20,000 bases of DNA from Sphaeroforma arctica JP610. Its lineage: Eukaryota. Under the pieces are notes generated by a model that saw only the letters and a list, made by a program, of their open reading frames with translations, searched no databases and was not told the origin of the DNA. The translations under genes were made by a program, and so were the position numbers. The stretch lies in NCBI RefSeq assembly GCF_001186125.1, contig NW_014040144.1, positions 56,185 to 76,184 on the forward strand, read 5' to 3'. Shown piece by piece: positions 1-20,000 of the stretch (its first letter is position 1; each line of letters starts with the position of its first letter).

Positions 1-363
1 TCAGTGGGCAGACAGAGTATGTTCAAATGACTAACTTGCTCTCAAGGGTTAACTATTTAGATGTGCATAGCAAATACAATATGTTTTTATGAGTGTATGA
101 ATATGCAGAAGAAGTCTCTGTGTATGTATGGGCCGGTAGGCGAGGGCGGGGAAGAGTAAAGATGTTCATAAGCATGTAAGTACGTACAATTGATTTTTCT
201 ACATAGACTGGTAAGCGTGGATGAATCACGAGTGCGAGAAAACAATCTACCAAGGATATGGCAAAACAAAATTGTATACACGTTTACATAACAAGAACTG
301 GAAAGGATCTTATTGTAAGGATTCCCAATACAACCTGTGCAACAATAGATACTCGTTAGCATA

Positions 364-437
364 TTAATATATGAAACTGCTCTCCGTATATCGGTTCTGC
401 AGCAAGCGTGGGCAAAACATAGAGTGCGAGAAAGCGC
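364..437 (-). pseudogene. Exon-18-like segment (GAFSHSMFCPRLLQNRYTESSFIY*), probably a decayed copy of the TM10 exon
   Basis: Phase-1 ctccag| acceptor continues PWCH as GAFSHS (cf. SLC4A11 HAAYPHS), but there is an in-frame TAA at 366-364. Similar decayed copies lie further left. Confidence 0.55.
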
Positions 438-907
438 CTGGAGGTACCAAGGGTACTTGCAGTCAATAAGCTTTTTAACTAAGAATTGACCACGTTCTGA
501 AAATTGAAGTGAACAATACAGGACATAAAAAGTATTAATAAACGACACGGAGGTATCCCATTTTACCTACTATGGCCCTATGGTATTCTTAGTACAGAGC
601 ATACAGCCAATAGCAGTTCATGAAGCATACACCACATACTGATTAATTCAGCCAGGCAGCAAATGATATATATAGAACAACCCCGACTTAAAACCTCTAC
701 ACTCAATACATTGCCGGGATAGTGTAACATTCTACCTACCATGACACCATAGCATTCCTAGCACAGAGCTTACAGCCAATAGCAATTCATGAAGTATACA
801 CTACATACTGACCAATTCAGCAAGACAGCAATGATATATATAGAACAACCCCGACATAAAACCTCTACACTCAATACATGTCAGGGATAGTATAACTTTC
901 TACCTAC

Positions 908-14798
<13,891 letters not shown>

Positions 14799-15652
14799 TT
14801 TGATACTTCAGCTTTTGTAACGTCACAGCTACCTCAATATCCGAGAAAAACTATATCTGTTCGTACCCAGGCCGGATAAGGAATTGGATACACACTTTGA
14901 AAGAAGTCTATACTAGTGAGTTTGTATCTAGATTCTCGACCTCGTGATCTCGAATGGTATGACCGATGTCACGATTGTATCGGGTACTTCTAATCGATAT
15001 GCTACTTTGCTACCGCCATTAGTTTACTGCGCTGTGCACGTGTGTAGTATGTAGTCACAAACTCAATAGTAAACTTTTAAGTATTATTATTTATCGTGTC
15101 ACAATGATATTCGCCTCTGTACGCCTTCACAGTTCACACAGGCTCACGGCTTACCTTTGTCTAACTGTCTACTGTATCTGTGACCTGTCAGGGCTACATA
15201 GTGCTCACTGCTCACACTGCTCAGTGCTGTCACTTTTATTATTTTTTTAGAAAAACAATATATGTACTGTAGTGATTGATGGTCTCTCTTCTCTTCTTGT
15301 TGGTTGAAATTATCATATTTTTTTTATACATACGTCATCTCTCGACTCTGAGCTCTGACTGACTGAGACTCTCACAGTCTTTCTCTCAGTCTCTCGGTCC
15401 TCAACCAGGCACCAGCTGACCAGCAGGAGGAAGTCCAGGACTCCTGGGCAGCTGGGCTCCAGGCAGGGGGGGGTCTCACAGGAGTTGTTTACTCCATATG
15501 TATGTATTTTTAACTTTTTTTACTGATGATGATGTATGTTTTTTAAAATTACGTGACTTCTGCATATTTATATTTTTATATATTAATTAATATATATTTC
15601 ACTAAAACATATTTTCTAATCATAGCATAAAAGCCTTCTTGATATTTAGACA

Positions 15653-16570
15653 AAGGCAGTCCTCGTTATATGTCTACCTCTTCAATTGTCTACCTCGATA
15701 TATGTCCACTTTTAATTTCGGCTGACCCTGGAAGTCTGGAACTAATTAATCAGAAGCTCTCAGTTTAAATTTTAACTCATCATATACTTCCTATTGATCC
15801 GACCGTGAGTGGGTCATGGGTACAATCTCAGTGAGACTTCATACAATAAGTATTAAGTATACATATGTGTAGTCTACACTCTACACACAGTGAATACGCG
15901 CCACTAAGACTTACTTCTTCTCCATGGAGGATACTTCTAGCTTAGGTCGCTGTTGCGTGCAAGGGTGCACGATCACGCATCCGACATCAGGTGCTCACAG
16001 ATTTACTGGTTGCAATCGTAATATGCATGCCTTTTGTGGCGTGCATCGTGGTGAGAGGTTTGGATCGAATTCGATCGGATACTGCTTGTCTACAGATAAT
16101 TTCAAGCCACCAAATGCATCAACAGCGAGCCAATCAGACGAATTGACACCACTTGCATCCGCAGCATCACTGTTAGATCAGACAACTACTGATTCTGTTG
16201 CAATGCAGAAAGATGATACGACACAATTTACGTCTAAGCAAGGTGTATCGTCTGGGGTAAAGGAAGCGTCAGATACAAGAGTGAAGAGACTGTCTAATAG
16301 TAATAAAAAGAAAGTGTACAAACAGACTGTGTTTTCAAAGGTGCGTGCCCTTCCTGAAAAGAGAGTTAATCTAACAAACGACGAGAAAGGTGTCGTCGTG
16401 CGCACTATCAAAAAGAGTGGATATGACTTGAGCAAGCCATGGAGAGTGATTTAGTTAAAGAAGCCGTACAAGCTGCACGTGCAACATATGATATAAGTAT
16501 AAACTATACAGAGGTTTAGGATCGCTGAAGAGAAATTATTGGCCCTGGGCGGAACCTGGACATATATAGA
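15653..16570 (+). mobile_element. Decayed 5' portion of a pogo/Tigger/Tc5-like DNA transposon (left end, Cys/His finger and CENP-B/psq-like HTH ORF; no DDE domain)
   Basis: Left end aaggcagtCCTCGttat resembles CAGGCAnnCCTCG Tigger/pogo ends and is followed by three 16-bp subterminal repeats (15661-15708). ORF 15924-16454 has C-x4-C...H..C...MHAFCG...YC and KRVNLTNDEK. After frameshifts it continues as DLVKEAVQAARATYDIS.KTIQRFRIAEEKLL (HTH-like). Confidence 0.6.
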
Positions 16571-16896
16571 GGTATGACTGTATGTTCTAATTGTTTTTTT
16601 ATTTTTGTTTACTTTCTTTTTCAAAAAACCAAATATGGTCCCTCGAAATCCTCAAAGTTCGGTCCTTATTCTTCAAACCCAAAATTAGGACAGCCTCCTA
16701 AAAAAAAGACAAAATCAGCCCAAAAATGATTATGTATCACAATTTTTGGCGCCAAAAATCCAAAGTTTCCAAAAATGTAGATCCGGAACTGGGGAGGTGT
16801 ACGGTTTGTACTCCCCTAAGTTTCCTGATTTGGTGAACAGGATCAATCTTCTTACGGAAGCGCTCAGTTGTTAAGTCGCCGCGTGATCCTGTACGT

Positions 16897-18170
16897 ATGG
16901 AAGCAATGACAGAGGCGAAAGCGTATAACAAGGAGGCCCATCGGTTTATGAAAAAAAATAAGATTCGCCTCCATCACAAGCCGAACGTGACGCCGGTGCG
17001 GTTGATCTACAGGGGTAATCTTGATAAGGACTATCATCAGCAGCGGCTGGCGCAGAAAGAGAAAATAAATGAGATGACTGCTCAAGGCATCATCAAAAAG
17101 CAGAGGCTGTGGTTATCGAAGACAGTGATGCCACGAAAGGACCCACATACGAAGCCGAAGAGTAAGAATGATTGGCGATTTTGTACCAAATTTTCCAAGT
17201 GGAGGGTGAAGCTTGAGCAAGAGCCATTCCGCATTCCTTCGGAACAGGATATGTTTCGCCATATCGCTGGCAAACCTCGGGTGACAGTCTTAGACTGTGG
17301 CAATGGGTTTGCACAGTTATAATTGGATGACGGGATCCGTAATATATAATTTTTATAACCCCCTGGCCAGGTACAGGTACACCTTCTTGCCTTTTGGTTT
17401 AACTGAGACCTCCTGACGTTTTTAGGATTCCTGGGGTACATCTTTGATGCGTTAGAAGGGGTAATAAGGTACATCTATGATATCATGTTTGCGTCCGACA
17501 CAGCGTAACAGCACTGTCAGCTGCTAAGGGAGTTCCTTCAGCAATGTAAAAAGTATGACGTGCAGTTTGGAATGCGCAAGGTCAGGATGGCATGTTACAA
17601 GCGCACTGTCAAGCTTCTTGGGCGCTGGGCTGGATTTGAAGGTGTTGCCATTTCGTATGACCGGTTGGCCCCTCTTCTGGTGGTGGACAGGTTGGACAAC
17701 CAAGATAGGTTCCAGCCCTGGTATCACACTGTTGTCTTTCGGAAAAAAAATAGTATTGAAAGCTTTGCACAGATACTTGCACCGGTAATTAAATTGATGA
17801 AGGATGGAGTGAAGTTTAAGTGGGGTCCAGCGCAGAAGGCTGCGTTCCGGCTCGTTAATGATTGTCTGCAGGAGTGTACGATCTTAGTCGGACCAGCCGA
17901 GGCTGGAGGAGCCTTTGTACAGTACACACCAGCATGCGGATGCTTACGTGTGCACATTGGTGTGGGCGGTTTCACGTATGTACTCAAGGGATAGGAAGTT
18001 ATTGCCGGTGTCATATCTCTCATTCAATTTTGCGCAAACCCAGCTAAATTACCATGTCACCGACAAAAAATAAATAGCACTGGTTTATGGTATCAGAAAG
18101 CTGTGACAGATCCACGAACGGTCGCATCATTCGGCTAAATTACTCTCTGACCACGAAGCTTTATAGCTCG
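16897..18170 (+). mobile_element. Degenerate Ty3/Gypsy LTR-retrotransposon pol fragment (RT, tether and RNase H)
   Basis: EM..QGII, DWRFCT.F, FRIP, TVLDCGNGFAQL; catalytic motif reads YIYD (from YIDD) at 17470-17481; VKLLGR, FAQILAPVIKLMKDGVKFKWGPAQKAAF; RNase H-like NY.VTDK..IALVYGIRK and LLSDHEAL. Multiple in-frame stops. Confidence 0.9.
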
Positions 18171-18199
18171 GGGTATTGGCTTATCCCTATCCTCGCTCC

Positions 18200-18560
18200 T
18201 CGACCGGATTATGATGGATAACCTGGTCCTTCTCGGTATTTCATACTCTGCACTAAACCATTCTGCCGCACTACACGGCGCAGACCCGATCCGTACCACA
18301 GAGGTAGGTACTCTACTTAGTAGGTCAGCAAGCGAATATATGGAACATTCGATAGTAACAGTGTTTTGTCAACACCGGCCCAAATTGACTCAGCGCATAT
18401 CTTCCATTGTCGACTCACTTGGCCCAAGCTTCAAACGGAAATTTACTGACTACTTCTTCCCATCAATCTTTCCTGAACCACTACAGCGACTATAAGAGCC
18501 ACACCATATGTTCATACATTGTATCATACATACTTGTCATTTTTGAAATAAATAATATTA
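18200..18560 (+). mobile_element. Possible 3' tail of a non-LTR retrotransposon ORF2 (degenerate)
   Basis: EYMEH.IV..FCQHRPKL...I followed by a frameshifted LLTTSSHQ...ICSYIVSYI loosely resembles the post-RT 'E..EH.l..C.....R..l' C-terminus of LINE ORF2. Weak. Confidence 0.35.
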
Positions 18561-18984
18561 TCCCTATGTGGCGTAAGGACGAGTTTACCACTGACCCGCC
18601 AGGTCGGCTGCGGGACATGGGCAGGAGATCTGTCGATACATTGATGTCTTGCTCCTTCATGTGCGGGGCATACTTGTCACAGCTAAAACCCTACTTGTCA
18701 CAGCTTCATCCGCTTGTGGGTCAGGTGTCAAAGAGGGTTCCAAAGGCGTAACCTTCTGCTGGTTCTTTGTTGCCTTCGCTTGCCTTTTACCCTTCGTCAT
18801 ATTCTTCCGATAGTATATAAACTTAAAATATGTAAAAGTCAGACTAACCAGGCTGACTATCGATTTCAATAAGTTAACGTAAAAGAAAAGTAAGATTTCA
18901 AAGTAAATTTACACAATGTAATTTTAAGTTTAGCTTCAGCCCATGCGCTAAAGATTAGGGGATATAAGACTGAGACTATTTTTT

Positions 18985-19012
18985 TTTTTAGGGTTTTAGG
19001 GTTTTTAGGGTT
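18985..19012 (+). repeat. Telomere-like repeats (T4-5AGGG)x3
   Basis: tttttagggttttagggtttttagggtt after a T-run. Confidence 0.85.
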
Positions 19013-19131
19013 CAGACCCCACCAAAACGTTGACTTGAAATTTGGATTTTCAATCAAAAAAAAAAAATTTATCCAGTAGGGAGTCTGGGGGCCCACAGCC
19101 CCACAGTCCCACAGTCCCATATCCGCGAAAA

Positions 19132-20000
19132 ATGTCGGGCCGGGCCGAATCCCCAATTGAGACGTTCGTCCCCAACGACTCCTTACCCAATGACCAATAG
19201 AAATTGGACATACAAAAATCTATCACAAACCTCTCTGCCCAGGTCAGTACTCTACAGGCCAATCTCAATCAAATTTTGGGACCGGCTCTAACAACCCCGA
19301 ACAATGATGGGCCCATCTCCAAGGAGCCTTTGACTGATGACCAATGGAAATCAACCATACACCAAATGCTCACTAACCTCTGTGCAAAAACAAACAACCT
19401 TGAATCCGAACTCCGGGACCTTGAATCCCAAACCCATGCACCTATAGATGAAGACACACCCGACACTGTCCGATTTGGCTCCACAAGCCCGCCTGCTCCG
19501 CCTGCAAAAAGACCGCGGTCACAGGCGCCCAATAGCAGCAGTGAGCCTCCCAGCTACCGCTCAAAAGTGGACAAACCTGAAAAACCAAGCCCTAAAAAAC
19601 ACCCGACCCCACCAGCTTCTCAGTCCCAATCGCAGCCGCCAGTACCCGAACACCTTTTGACGAAAGTGGTGGGCCGCCCGATGCCGGACAAAACTCTTCA
19701 TGAAACATAACTCCGGTATGGCTCTTCTTCGGAGCAATTTTCTCTAACGGCAAGCCCCCATCCCAATCACTATTTGAAAAATACTGGCATGCCCAACCAG
19801 CCCTCAATCGCCACCACTTTCTCTGGTATCTTCCGTCTAAATCGGTATCTCAACCAAATCGCCGAGGAAGCTTCACCAGTTTCATCCGGCTTTGTGTTCA
19901 TAGCGACTCTGTCGCCCAAGTGAAACGACACGCAGCACTTACGTGGAAATGGCAGCTCGATGAAAACATCGACCCCCGCTCCCAACAACATCCCGACGCT
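19132..20000 (+). mobile_element. Disrupted gag/ORF1-like protein of a retroelement (runs off the window)
   Basis: ATG at 19132, a frameshift, then TAG at 19198-19200. Coiled-coil segments (ITNLSAQVSTLQANLNQI; LCAKTNNLESELRDLES), a Pro/Ser-rich linker with PSYRSKV, a frameshift near 19700, then a frame open to the window end (…FIRLCVHSDSVAQVKRHAALTWKWQLDENIDP…). Confidence 0.5.

Noticed and set aside
16600..16890. Candidate LTR or PBS upstream of the Gypsy RT
   Set aside because: No second copy, TG..CA termini or tRNA-complementary PBS could be identified in the window.

Overview
Eukaryotic, intron-rich, (TA)n/(CA)n-microsatellite-laden genomic DNA with one assembly gap (13881-14085). The style suggests a unicellular holozoan such as an ichthyosporean, but that is inference only. 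The left ~14.8 kb is one minus-strand SLC4A11/BTR1-like anion/H+ transporter gene. I rebuilt it by hand as 17 phase-compatible GT-AG exons (14798 down to 908, ~722 aa); its 3' end runs off the window. The most striking structure is that most introns are largely made of tandem or decayed duplicates of their own flanking exon-intron junctions ('ghost exons') of widely different ages. One repeat-filled intron is 348 nt and stop-free in frame. The protein has an N-terminal GRFSV (SPAK/OSR1-type RFxV) motif, a Cys-pair insertion in extracellular loop 1 and an unusual Arg in TM3. The right ~4.4 kb is a cluster of decayed mobile elements: a pogo/Tc5-like 5' fragment with a Cys/His finger, a Ty3/Gypsy RT-RNaseH relic, a probable LINE 3' tail, short telomere-like repeats and a disrupted gag/ORF1-like frame.
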